Of a stretch of DNA of 64,000 bases, positions 17,502 to 26,959 are shown piece after piece. Source of the DNA: a bacterium (GTDB taxonomy: Bacteria > Verrucomicrobiota > Kiritimatiellia > CAIKKV01 > CAITUY01); NCBI GenBank assembly GCA_037143135.1, contig JBAWZH010000001.1, positions 9,553-73,552 on the forward strand, in the 5' to 3' direction. Numbering within the stretch: position 1 is the stretch's first letter; each line of letters begins with the position of its first letter. The notes under the pieces were generated by a model that saw nothing but the letters and a program-made list of their open reading frames with translations, was not told the origin of the DNA and did no database searches. The position numbers were made by a program, and so were the translations under genes.

Positions 17502-18608
17502 ATGCCACTTCTCCAGGAAGGCTTAAATATACGAGGGACATACGAAGTGGAGAAATTCCTCGGCGAGGGCGCTTTTGCCGAGGTTTACCGCGTCCGGCAC
17601 CGGTTTCTTGGCCGACAGGCCATGAAGGTTTTCAAGCGCCTTAACATGACCGAAGAGGAAGTGCTCGATGCGCTGAATGAGGCGATTCTGCTGACGCACC
17701 TCAAACACCCCAATATTGTTAGTGTCCACGATGCAAACGTTTTTGAATTTCCCAAAGGTGTCTGCGGCTACTTCACAATGGAATTTGTGCCAGGGGGCAG
17801 TCTTGATAGGTTTTGGAGATCGCACGGCTCCACTCTTGTCCCGATTGAGACGACGGTCGACGTCATGCGTCAGGTATGCCGGGGTCTTTCCATTGCTCAT
17901 GCAGGAACCCCACCCATCATTCACCGTGACATAAAACCTCAAAATATTCTCGTGGGTTATGAGGCCGACGGGCTTCGCGCCCGAGTAAGCGATTTCGGAT
18001 TAGCCAAGAAGGTTAATCCGCTGACACTCCTTGCAACTGCTGCCGGGACGCTTCAATTCAAACCCCCGGAAACATTTCTGAAGTCGAAGGCAGATTCGTG
18101 TGCAGCTGACGTTTGGGCGCTTGGTGTGACGCTCTACCTCTTATTAACCGATCAATTTCCCTTCGAGCTTGATTCTGATTTGGGCTGGTCAAACAAGAAG
18201 GCATTTGAAAAGGAAATCACTCCTCCCAATTCATGGAACGTCGAAGTCGATCCTGCCCTTGAGAAAATTGTTTACAAATGTCTCAAGCCGAAACCAGAGG
18301 ATCGATATCCGACAGCCAAAGAATTGCTTGAAGCCTTGGAATCCTGGAAAAAGCCTTCACCCTCCAAAATCATCAAGCCGGCAAAAACAGTTTCTTCGGA
18401 AATGTCAAAAAGCATTCTTGGGGCACATTCACCTATCAATCAAGAAGAAGGTCATCGCCTAGTCAAGCAAGCCGTCAAGAAGGCTAAGGAAGAGGGGCGA
18501 TTGTTTGAGGCTGCTGATCTTATGGAAGAGGCTTTTAACAAGTCGCCATCACTTCGGCAGAAGTATGCGAACCAAGTCAAACTATGGCGTTGCGGCATCA
18601 GCATGTAA
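17502..18608 (+). CDS. Hanks-type Ser/Thr protein kinase
   Basis: LGEGAFAEVY (G-loop), QAMKVF (Lys), IIHRDIKPQNIL, VSDFGLAK and GTLQFKPPE are all present. ATG 17502 has GAGGA 5 nt upstream, directly after the HTH stop. Confidence 0.85.
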   Translation: MPLLQEGLNIRGTYEVEKFLGEGAFAEVYRVRHRFLGRQAMKVFKRLNMTEEEVLDALNEAILLTHLKHPNIVSVHDANVFEFPKGVCGYFTMEFVPGGSLDRFWRSHGSTLVPIETTVDVMRQVCRGLSIAHAGTPPIIHRDIKPQNILVGYEADGLRARVSDFGLAKKVNPLTLLATAAGTLQFKPPETFLKSKADSCAADVWALGVTLYLLLTDQFPFELDSDLGWSNKKAFEKEITPPNSWNVEVDPALEKIVYKCLKPKPEDRYPTAKELLEALESWKKPSPSKIIKPAKTVSSEMSKSILGAHSPINQEEGHRLVKQAVKKAKEEGRLFEAADLMEEAFNKSPSLRQKYANQVKLWRCGISM

Positions 18609-18612
18609 ACCA

Positions 18613-21420
18613 ATGAACACCAACGAAGATATATACGAATGTCGTTTGGCGGCAGAAGGTGGCGATGCCGAAGCCCAGTACCAGCTGGGCTTGAAGTTCG
18701 TTAACGGACAAGGTGTAGAAAAGGATGAGGCAGAAGCTGTAAGGTGGTATCGAAAAGCTGCCGAACAGGGGCATTCTACTTGTCAATATTTCCTTGGCTG
18801 GTATCTCGCCAACGGTCGGGGTGTTGAAAAGAATGAAGCGGAAGCCGTCACATGGTATCGAAAAGCTGCCACTCAGAATGTTTTAGGCGCACAATTTGAC
18901 CTTGGGGTTATGTATGCCAATGGTCGTGGCGTGACTAAGGATGCTGTTGAGGCGGCTAAATGGGCTCGCAAGGCAGCTGAACAGGGGCATGCAGAAGGTC
19001 AATATTATCTTGGGTGGTATCTCGCCCGTGGTCAGGGAGTGAATAAGGACGAAGTAGCGGCAGTCACATGGTATCGTAAGGCCGCTGAACAGGGTAATGC
19101 TGGCGCGCAGTGCGAAATGGGGATTATGTGTGCCGATGGGCGAGGTACGGGAAAAGATGCAGCAGAAGCCGCGATGTGGTTTCGCAAGGCCGCAGCTCAG
19201 GGAAACAAGAAAGCGCAGGAACTTCTATCCAATCTGCCTCAAGCAGCTCAAACAATACAAGCCCCAGCGGCTAAACCACGAGCCGCAAGTCGTGAAGCAA
19301 AAGCGGCTGCGCCAGAGTGCAAACCCCTATTGGATGCCAGTACACCCAGAGTTTACGTCCAAAACGCCTTCAGAATCACGGGACTTGCTGTTGATGCACA
19401 AACGCGAGACATCAAGCGTCGCATCGATGACCTAAAACACGCCGAAGAAAATGGGGAAGCAGAGGATGAGCATAATCATGCGTTTGCAATTGTTCCGCCC
19501 CCCTCAATTGAACATATCCGTGAAGCTGCACAGAGATTGCATGATCCGGAGCGTCGTCTAATCGAGGAGTTCTTTTGGTTTTGGCCTAGTGAATGGGGTA
19601 AAGGGAATTCAGATCCCTCATTACTTGCGATGAAGAATGGGGATAAAGACACCGCGTTTAAGAATTGGCTGGCATGTATCTCCGATGACGCCAAGAGTGG
19701 AGTCGTTTCGCGAAATGGAGGAATAGTAATCCGCGATCAGTCGGCTTTGGCAAGCCCTCGCGAAATTGCGGTTGCCAAGCATAATCTTGCAGTGATGTAT
19801 CAACTGGTTGCTCTCGACTCAGAGCATCACGTTCTGGAAAACGAATTTACTGCGGCACAACTTGAAACCATCGAGCAATATTGGCGTAAATGTTTCAAAT
19901 GGTGGGAAGAACTAACTGAGGACGAAACCTTTTGGAGCCTGATAACTGAGAGAATTCGCATGTATAACGAGCCGGAACGCCTCAAAACCGGATTTGCTCG
20001 ACAAATGCGTGCTTCTCTCCCGGAGGCGATGGACAAAATCAATGCCATGCTGGCAATTAGCTATTCTGAACGCGGGAAACTGGCGCTAGCGGAGAATCAC
20101 ATCCGTTATATGAAGGAGACGCATCAAGGTCAGGATGATATTGAGAAAACCTTAGCAATGGTGACGCAACCGCTTAAGGCTCGTGTCATAAGTTATGTGG
20201 AGAAAGCTACTGGCGTGGCGGATAGGCAACCACAGCAAGCCGCTAAATCGGCACGTGAATTGTTGCAGGCGGTTGCCGAACCAATGAAGATCATTCAGCA
20301 GATCCTGTCGCCAGAGGATCACGTGCGAATTGATCTATTCGACAGCGTCGCTGAAGCGTGCCTGACATGCCAACTTGCCTATGCGCGCGAAACGAAAGAT
20401 TGGTCAGCGAGCCTAGCAATTATCGAAGATGGCGCCAAGTACGCCGTCTCCAGTGAGACGAAAAAAAGACTTGCCGAGAATATTGCAAAAGTTACCAGAA
20501 ATAAACTTTTCGGGCAGTATATTGAACCTCTAGCAGAGTTAATTGAGAAGAGCCGAGCCAGAAGTTCAACAGCGGCGAAAGTGAGATCCGTTGAAGAGAA
20601 TCTGCTGCCCTACCTTAAGAAAATAGAGAGTGCCAAAGGCGTTAGCATTGATGTCTATAATGAGTGTGCGGATCTTGTTGCACTCTTTGTCCGGGGGGTA
20701 TCAATTTCTGCATATAATGAGGATAACGATTTGGCCGGCTCGATTAACATTTTAAATATTGCGCTAAACACAGCTCGAGGCCGAGAAGCACGTGAACAAT
20801 TGCAAAAAGATAAAGATCAGCTTAAAGGTTTTGAGGCTGAATCCACCAAACATAATCTTCGTATGCAGATTCGTGGTGACGACATTGAGATCACTCGCGA
20901 CTATGTTCGCTACAAACAGGATAAAATTCCAGTTTCTCAAATCCAAGGCGTTAAATTTGGTGTCTTTGTGCAGTACACAAACGGCGTGGAATCAAGTTCA
21001 TCGTATTTGATCGATATTACGGATGGCGGCAACATAAGAATCCACATTGAGTGCAAGCGAATATTTCGCGGTAAATCAGATGCCGAACAGGATTACAGAC
21101 GGATCCTCGACGCGATTTTTGAGCAGATCGCCACTCCGCTAGTTCAGAAGTTGGCTCAAAGCGTAGTCGCGGGGCGACCCTTGCAGATGGGGGGAGCTCG
21201 ATTAACGTCCGAAGGAGTCTATCTAACAACAGGATCTCTTTGGTGGCAAAAAGAAATAATGGTCCCGTGGTCAGACATCCGATACGGAAATCATCAAGGT
21301 TCGCTGAATCTGTCATCATCAAAGGATAAGAATATTTCTACTTCCATGGCATTACGTGACGCGTGGAATGCTGTTTTCTTTGAATATATTGCCAAAGCAG
21401 TAGTAAAGCTTAAAGGCTAA
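18613..21420 (+). CDS. Sel1-repeat protein with a degenerate J-like segment and a large C-terminal region
   Basis: About six Sel1 repeats (AEAVRWYRKAAEQGH ... AQYxLGxxYxxGxGVxKD). The J-like segment is NAFRITGLAVDAQTRDIKRRIDDLKH ... AAQRLHDPERRLIEEFFWFW, without HPD. ATG 18613 lies 4 nt after the kinase stop; the ORF-track start 18505 overlaps the kinase. Confidence 0.65.
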   Translation: MNTNEDIYECRLAAEGGDAEAQYQLGLKFVNGQGVEKDEAEAVRWYRKAAEQGHSTCQYFLGWYLANGRGVEKNEAEAVTWYRKAATQNVLGAQFDLGVMYANGRGVTKDAVEAAKWARKAAEQGHAEGQYYLGWYLARGQGVNKDEVAAVTWYRKAAEQGNAGAQCEMGIMCADGRGTGKDAAEAAMWFRKAAAQGNKKAQELLSNLPQAAQTIQAPAAKPRAASREAKAAAPECKPLLDASTPRVYVQNAFRITGLAVDAQTRDIKRRIDDLKHAEENGEAEDEHNHAFAIVPPPSIEHIREAAQRLHDPERRLIEEFFWFWPSEWGKGNSDPSLLAMKNGDKDTAFKNWLACISDDAKSGVVSRNGGIVIRDQSALASPREIAVAKHNLAVMYQLVALDSEHHVLENEFTAAQLETIEQYWRKCFKWWEELTEDETFWSLITERIRMYNEPERLKTGFARQMRASLPEAMDKINAMLAISYSERGKLALAENHIRYMKETHQGQDDIEKTLAMVTQPLKARVISYVEKATGVADRQPQQAAKSARELLQAVAEPMKIIQQILSPEDHVRIDLFDSVAEACLTCQLAYARETKDWSASLAIIEDGAKYAVSSETKKRLAENIAKVTRNKLFGQYIEPLAELIEKSRARSSTAAKVRSVEENLLPYLKKIESAKGVSIDVYNECADLVALFVRGVSISAYNEDNDLAGSINILNIALNTARGREAREQLQKDKDQLKGFEAESTKHNLRMQIRGDDIEITRDYVRYKQDKIPVSQIQGVKFGVFVQYTNGVESSSSYLIDITDGGNIRIHIECKRIFRGKSDAEQDYRRILDAIFEQIATPLVQKLAQSVVAGRPLQMGGARLTSEGVYLTTGSLWWQKEIMVPWSDIRYGNHQGSLNLSSSKDKNISTSMALRDAWNAVFFEYIAKAVVKLKG

Positions 21421-21470
21421 CCTGACAAAAACTGTCTGATTTTATGTAACACAACGAATAGGAAGCACCT

Positions 21471-22034
21471 ATGAGCAAACAGAAGCGTATGCAGGCGAGT
21501 CCGCCGAGTCGTGGTATTGTCCACATGTTTAACATGCTTAATCTCAAGCTCCCAAAGGAGCTGCGACTTCCTCCCCTCAATGACGCACCTAATTTAAACG
21601 CCCTTAAGACTCGCTTCAATGAGCTTGAAGCATTGTTGGCGCGGTCGAAGACTTCAACCCGAATCTCATCTTCTACCCCGGCTGCACCGAATCTTGATGA
21701 AAAAGCGATTGCGAACCTGGCCACTAATGCTTGGCGTGCTAAAACCAAGATGCTTGACCAGGATTCGGGTGAAGTTAAGGAAGAAATGAAGCGTGTGTAT
21801 CGGCACATTGAAGCTATCTTTGAAACGCTGAAAGGGCTGGGTGCTGAGATTCTTGACCCATGCGGTCGAAATTATGATTCCGGCATGGCGTTAAAGGTTA
21901 TCAGTTTTGAGCCGACCCCGGGAGTTTCAAAGGAAGAAATTAAGGAAACAATCAAACCATCTGTGATGTGGCAAGGACGCCTTATACAAATGGGTGAGGT
22001 AATTGTGGGTACTCCCAGCAAAGTAGATAAATGA
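21471..22034 (+). CDS. GrpE-like nucleotide-exchange-factor homologue
   Basis: The C-terminal part IEAIFETLKGLGAEILDPCGRNYDSGMALKVISFEP ... GRLIQMGEVIVG follows the GrpE four-helix/beta-domain pattern (G-x-E-x-I ... G-x-x-(F/Y)D ... V-x-V). It sits directly upstream of an Hsp70 gene with an ATGA overlap. Confidence 0.55.
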   Translation: MSKQKRMQASPPSRGIVHMFNMLNLKLPKELRLPPLNDAPNLNALKTRFNELEALLARSKTSTRISSSTPAAPNLDEKAIANLATNAWRAKTKMLDQDSGEVKEEMKRVYRHIEAIFETLKGLGAEILDPCGRNYDSGMALKVISFEPTPGVSKEEIKETIKPSVMWQGRLIQMGEVIVGTPSKVDK

Positions 22035-24529
22035 TTAATGAGGGAATGAATATGACAAGAACAACTATTGACTTCGGAATCGATCTTGGGACAACAAACA
22101 GCGCGATCGCTGTTCTAAATGGCACGCGGCCCGATGTCATTAAAAACAACGTGGATACTGATATTACTCCGTCGGCTGTGTTTATTGATAAGCGTGGATT
22201 GGTTCAAGTAGGTCAACGTGCAAAGAATCGCCAGGAGGATGAAAGCGCTGTAGACGACGTTTACATTGAGTTCAAACGCCGCATGGGTACTGACCACCGG
22301 TACGAGTTCAAAACAGCGGCGCGAACTATGCGGCCAGAAGAAGTTTCCGCCGAAGTCCTGAAAAGTTTACGTGGTGATGTTCAACAACGCCTGGGTGAGG
22401 ATGTCCAATCAGCCGTTATTACTGTGCCTGCTATATTTGAACAGAATCAATGTGCGGCAACTATTAAGGCTGGGCAACTTGCAGGGTTTGTTCAGTGTCC
22501 ACTGCTTCAAGAACCGGTTGCGGCAGCTCTTGCCTATGGTTTTCAATCTGATGTTACAAAAGAGTATTGGCTCATTTACGACTTCGGTGGCGGTACATTT
22601 GACGCTGCAATCATGAAGGCGGAAGACGGTGGTATTAGCGTGGTTAATCACGGTGGGGATAACTACCTTGGCGGCTCTGATATTGACTGGGCAATTATCG
22701 ATCAATTGATAATTCCAGACCTTAAGTCAAAGTTCAACCTGCCCGAGTTTTCGAGAAATAACAATAAATGGCGGACCGAATTTGCTCGCATTAAAAATGC
22801 AGTTGAAATTGCGAAAATTCAGCTTTCTCGCAGTGATACTGCCTTTTTGGAAGGGGGTGTGCTTAAAGATGCGGATGGGAAAAGGGTGGAACTGGATTTC
22901 AAGCTAACCAGAAATGCACTTGTTGGAGTTGCCGAGCCATTCATTATGCGCTCGGTCGAAATATGCAAAAGAGTTTTGAAGGAGAAGGGGCTATCGCCGA
23001 CTGCAATCGAGAAGGTTATTCTGGTTGGTGGGCCAACCCTTGCGCCATATTTCCGTGATATGCTGAAGTCCGGCTTAGGTATTCACCTTGATCATTCCGT
23101 AGATCCGCTGGTTGTTGTGGCGAAGGGTGCTGCTGTGTTTGCAGGAACTCAACGATTTGATACTGGTGCGGCGCCTCGACCCATTGCGGGCGAGTACAGC
23201 GTCGACCTGAAATACAAACCCGTTGGCGCTGATGAGGATCCGACTGTTCGAGGGGAAGTTACAGCAGATTCCGGCACAAGTATTGAGGGATTAACAATTG
23301 AGTTCGTCAATAATAAGAGCCTCTGGCGGAGCGGTAAAATTCCGCTAAAAACAGGAGGGAAATTTAAAGTCAACTTGTTGGCAGAGAAAGGCGGCCAAAA
23401 TGTATTCAGTATTGAGCTTGTAGACTCAAAAGGGCGCAAGCAGATTGTTAAACCGGATAATCTCTCCTACACAATCGGTATGGCGATATCTGAGCAGCCG
23501 TTTTGTAACGATGTTCGGTTAGCACTTGCAAATAACGATAGTGAGATATTCTTTAAAAAAGGTGATGCGTATCCCGCTACGCATTCATACCGGGGTTTCA
23601 AGACAACTCAAACGGTTCGCAAAGGCGAAAGTGGTGACATGCTCCGCATTCCAGTGGTTGAAGGTAATGAGGAGAAAGCAGACTGGAACCGCAAGTTGGG
23701 TGAACTAGTCATTTCCGGATCACAAATTAGACGCGACGTGCCTGCTGGCAGTGACCTTGAGGTTACTTTGCACGCAAAAGGTCCGGGAGCAATCCTCGCC
23801 AAAGCATATGTACCGTTGCTTGATGAGGAATTTGAGGCGATTATTGATTATGATAGGAAAGAACTGAATGTTAAGGATTTGCGCCGCCAATTTGAAGCCG
23901 AGTCAAAACGGCTTAAATCTTTAACTGCTAAAGCGAATGATGCAGAAGATGAGGGCGCTGGTAACTTGCTCGAAAGCGTGCCCGATATGGAAGTGATAGA
24001 CGGCCTCCTTGATACGGCAAAGGGGGATCCTGACTCGGCAAAAAAAGCGGAAAAGCGACTTATTGAATTGCGCATTCATTTGGATAAGGCCGAAGATTTA
24101 CTCAAATGGCCCGCGCTGGTGACGGAAGCCAAAACGGCGCTTGATGATTTAGATGAACTGATCGAGAAACACGGCGACGATACTCATCGCGATCAAAGTG
24201 CAAAATTCCGGGATCAGATTAAAGATCTAATTACCCAAAAACGCACTGAACCATTACGAAAGAAAGTCGCTCAAGTCTCAGATCTGCGTCTTGAAATACT
24301 TTTAGCACAACCAGGTTGGTGGGTGGGTTACCTTGAATATCTCATCGAACGACAGGGTAAGATGAATGATCAAGATAGCGCCGAGCGTCTTATCAATCAG
24401 GGAAGGCTTGCTATCAGCAAAAACAATCTTCAGGGGTTGCGTAGCGCCGTTGTCCAACTCTTAGACCTCTTGCCTAAGGAGGTTCAGGATGAAGTTCAGA
24501 GGGGATTTGGATCGGGAGTAATCAAGTAA
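22031..24529 (+). CDS. Non-canonical Hsp70 (DnaK-family) ATPase, 832 aa
   Basis: IDFGIDLGTTNSAIAVL, AVITVPAIFEQNQ, IYDFGGGTFDAAIMK and ILVGGPTLAPYFRDML are the actin-fold phosphate-1, connect, phosphate-2 and adenosine motifs. An SBD-beta-like part follows (LRIPVVEGNEEKADWNRKLGELVISG ... LEVTLHAKGPGAILAKAYV), then a long helical tail. Confidence 0.85.
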   Translation: MINEGMNMTRTTIDFGIDLGTTNSAIAVLNGTRPDVIKNNVDTDITPSAVFIDKRGLVQVGQRAKNRQEDESAVDDVYIEFKRRMGTDHRYEFKTAARTMRPEEVSAEVLKSLRGDVQQRLGEDVQSAVITVPAIFEQNQCAATIKAGQLAGFVQCPLLQEPVAAALAYGFQSDVTKEYWLIYDFGGGTFDAAIMKAEDGGISVVNHGGDNYLGGSDIDWAIIDQLIIPDLKSKFNLPEFSRNNNKWRTEFARIKNAVEIAKIQLSRSDTAFLEGGVLKDADGKRVELDFKLTRNALVGVAEPFIMRSVEICKRVLKEKGLSPTAIEKVILVGGPTLAPYFRDMLKSGLGIHLDHSVDPLVVVAKGAAVFAGTQRFDTGAAPRPIAGEYSVDLKYKPVGADEDPTVRGEVTADSGTSIEGLTIEFVNNKSLWRSGKIPLKTGGKFKVNLLAEKGGQNVFSIELVDSKGRKQIVKPDNLSYTIGMAISEQPFCNDVRLALANNDSEIFFKKGDAYPATHSYRGFKTTQTVRKGESGDMLRIPVVEGNEEKADWNRKLGELVISGSQIRRDVPAGSDLEVTLHAKGPGAILAKAYVPLLDEEFEAIIDYDRKELNVKDLRRQFEAESKRLKSLTAKANDAEDEGAGNLLESVPDMEVIDGLLDTAKGDPDSAKKAEKRLIELRIHLDKAEDLLKWPALVTEAKTALDDLDELIEKHGDDTHRDQSAKFRDQIKDLITQKRTEPLRKKVAQVSDLRLEILLAQPGWWVGYLEYLIERQGKMNDQDSAERLINQGRLAISKNNLQGLRSAVVQLLDLLPKEVQDEVQRGFGSGVIK

Positions 24530-24640
24530 GGACGGTACGTCTTACGACCATAATTAGGAGTTCTTTTTGTCAGTACCAAGGCATAAGAAACAGTGATGGA
24601 TTCCAGGGTTAGCGGTCAATGCAAGTGAACGGCGATCTTC

Positions 24641-25897
24641 ATGGCGAATGGGGAAATCAACTTCGACGAAATGCGAGCACCCGAGGTGGTTCGACCGCTT
24701 TCATTAAAGCAGGAAAAACCACCACGGGTGTCTACGCCCCCCCCGCCACTTAAGCAGCCCCCTCCGCCGCCCATTCCGCGTGCAGCCGCTCGCCCTCCAT
24801 CACCCCCGGCCGCAACACAAACTTCTCAAAAACAAAAACCAACTTCGATCGCACCAAAACCGCCAGAGACTAATAACGCATGGGTCGGCATCCTCGTTGT
24901 TGCGGGAATCATATTGTTGATCTGTTTCATGGTCGGGATTAGTTCGAGTCAGAACGGCGAAACTCCCAGGAATAATACCAGTGCGCCATCCGATCAAGTA
25001 CGCGTTCCGGAACAATCGATTATTCAACACATTCCCGAAACCGTAACAACAGTATTCCCGGAAACTCCAAAGGCGCCGATCCCGACACAAGTTGTACCTG
25101 ATATTCCGAAAACGACAGGTTCATGTCGGATTTCTGCTTTTGCAGTCGCTGGGAACGGAGAAAGACATTCTGTAACTGGAAATGCCGTTATTGCGTTCAG
25201 GCATGTTGATACAAGCGCGGCAATTTCGACGAATGTGATGATTCCGCGGATATGGCACGATATGCCAGCCGGGGAATACCACTTTGCCATTTTTATTTCT
25301 GGATTCACCCAGTCTTTTACAAATAAGATCAACATAACTGCGGATGATTACAATAATGTCGCTTTTTCATTGCAACCTCTCCCCGCTCGAGTGACCTTTG
25401 TCTGCCCATCAAATTCATTACCCTTCGCGATCTTTGATGATCACGGGTACCTGGGAAGCTCTGACAAAAGTTTTGAACTTTCGCCCTACCTCACCCATTT
25501 CTTGACGTTCAAAGCAGAAGGATGGCGTGACAAACCCATGAAGGTCAAGTTGGAGAAGCCAGGCGGGGCGTACCGATGTGCTGTTGAAATGGAACGTATC
25601 GCGTCAGGGCTTCGCATCACAGTTAGTGCAAATAAAGGGGAACCGCCGGTGGCCGGTGCTCTGATTGTGAATGGCGGGGAACCGGTAAAAGTGGCGTTCC
25701 CGTCCGAACAATCAAATTTGGCTTTCGCTGGCCCGTTGTCACTCGTTCTGGCGGTTGACGGGTATCAGGTCATTAACAACACCCAGCAAGTCACTCTCAT
25801 TGATAGAGAAATGGTTAACATTGAATTTCAGGTTGTGAAGAAATCATGGCTGTCGCGGATGCTTAACGGATCAGCTCGTAAGCAAATACAAAAGTAA
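24641..25897 (+). CDS. Pro-rich single-TM protein with PEGA/beta-sandwich-like extracytoplasmic repeats
   Basis: PPPPLKQPPPPPIPRAAARPPSPP tract, TM helix AWVGILVVAGIILLICFMVGI, then beta-rich segments with PEGA-like MPAGEYHFAIFISGF. Confidence 0.45.
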   Translation: MANGEINFDEMRAPEVVRPLSLKQEKPPRVSTPPPPLKQPPPPPIPRAAARPPSPPAATQTSQKQKPTSIAPKPPETNNAWVGILVVAGIILLICFMVGISSSQNGETPRNNTSAPSDQVRVPEQSIIQHIPETVTTVFPETPKAPIPTQVVPDIPKTTGSCRISAFAVAGNGERHSVTGNAVIAFRHVDTSAAISTNVMIPRIWHDMPAGEYHFAIFISGFTQSFTNKINITADDYNNVAFSLQPLPARVTFVCPSNSLPFAIFDDHGYLGSSDKSFELSPYLTHFLTFKAEGWRDKPMKVKLEKPGGAYRCAVEMERIASGLRITVSANKGEPPVAGALIVNGGEPVKVAFPSEQSNLAFAGPLSLVLAVDGYQVINNTQQVTLIDREMVNIEFQVVKKSWLSRMLNGSARKQIQK

Positions 25898-25945
25898 GTG
25901 CGACAATCCGCTTGTGACTGCGGTCATTGCGAGGAAGGTAAAGTA

Positions 25946-26959
25946 ATGAATAACGAAATCGAAACCGGCGAGGATAATTCAGGGTTATCCAATGATCTTG
26001 ATCTTCTTGAGGCTTCGCGCCTTATAACGGCTGGCGAAATCACTCAGGCGGAGGAAATCCTTCGGCGGATACATGCACGCATGCCCTCCTGTGAAGCATT
26101 AGACTTGATGGCGCGCATCTCAGTTTCAAAAGGGCAAATGTCCGAGGCGAGGCGCCTGTGGCAGGAGGTACTGGAAATTGATCGTTCCAATGTCTCGGCC
26201 AAATCTGCATTGGCGCGGCTCGACAGCCCATGGCTTGTTCCGGCAATTCTCGCGAGGTGTGGCTTTCTTGTCACAATTGCATTGCTGGCGAGTTTGGTGA
26301 TCGTTGGCGTTTTTGCTTTGTTCAACATTCAGCGTTTTATCGATTCAAATCATCCTGGTGGTTTTCAATCTTCAGAAACTGTAATTCATATTTCCAGTTC
26401 CGAATGCCCAACGAGAGATCAATCTCAGCCATCCACCACAGGAGATATCAAATCATCGAAAACAGTAGCGCAGGAAGACGCACCCATTCCGGTGCAACCT
26501 TTCAGCAACCCGCCTCCATTGTTTTCAATTCCTGCTTGTAGCGTCACCACGAATTTAACAGAAACCAGGATCATCTTTGAGGAGGGCATATTTGCGCGGC
26601 GATGCGAGTTAGTCAGCGATGCAAATGCGCGCCTCGATGCAGTCTCCCGAACCTTGTCTGAGCGCGGGACAGGTTGTTGGATCATAGTTGAGGGCTATAC
26701 GGATTCCGATCCGATTTCGGCTAATAGCATCTATCAGGATAATTTTGACTTGGGCATGCATCGCGGATTAGTAGTGGCTGAAGTACTGAAAATGTCGACG
26801 ACAATTCCTTCGCAAGATATTCTTGTCGGTTCAGCTGGGGATAATATCTCCCCATTGTTCCCGGGAGACGAGCCTGAGGTGAAAATGAAAAACAGAACGG
26901 TGGTCATTCATGTTATGCCGAAAGCATCAGCAACGACCACACTCGGAGAATCAAAATGA
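25946..26959 (+). CDS. TPR - TM - OmpA_C-like (peptidoglycan-binding) protein
   Basis: N-terminal TPR-like helices, TM helix FLVTIALLASLVIVGVFALF, and C-terminal IIVEGYTDSDPISANSIYQDNFDLGMHRGLVVAEVL (OmpA/MotB C-domain pattern). ATG 25946 has GAGGAAGG upstream; the ORF track uses GTG 25898. Confidence 0.65.
   Translation: MNNEIETGEDNSGLSNDLDLLEASRLITAGEITQAEEILRRIHARMPSCEALDLMARISVSKGQMSEARRLWQEVLEIDRSNVSAKSALARLDSPWLVPAILARCGFLVTIALLASLVIVGVFALFNIQRFIDSNHPGGFQSSETVIHISSSECPTRDQSQPSTTGDIKSSKTVAQEDAPIPVQPFSNPPPLFSIPACSVTTNLTETRIIFEEGIFARRCELVSDANARLDAVSRTLSERGTGCWIIVEGYTDSDPISANSIYQDNFDLGMHRGLVVAEVLKMSTTIPSQDILVGSAGDNISPLFPGDEPEVKMKNRTVVIHVMPKASATTTLGESK

Noticed and set aside
18505-18612. 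Upstream extension of the Sel1-repeat ORF
   Set aside because: The extension overlaps the kinase gene by about 100 nt in another frame and has odd composition (MRLLILWKRLLTSRHHFGRS). ATG 18613, right after the kinase stop, is the better start.
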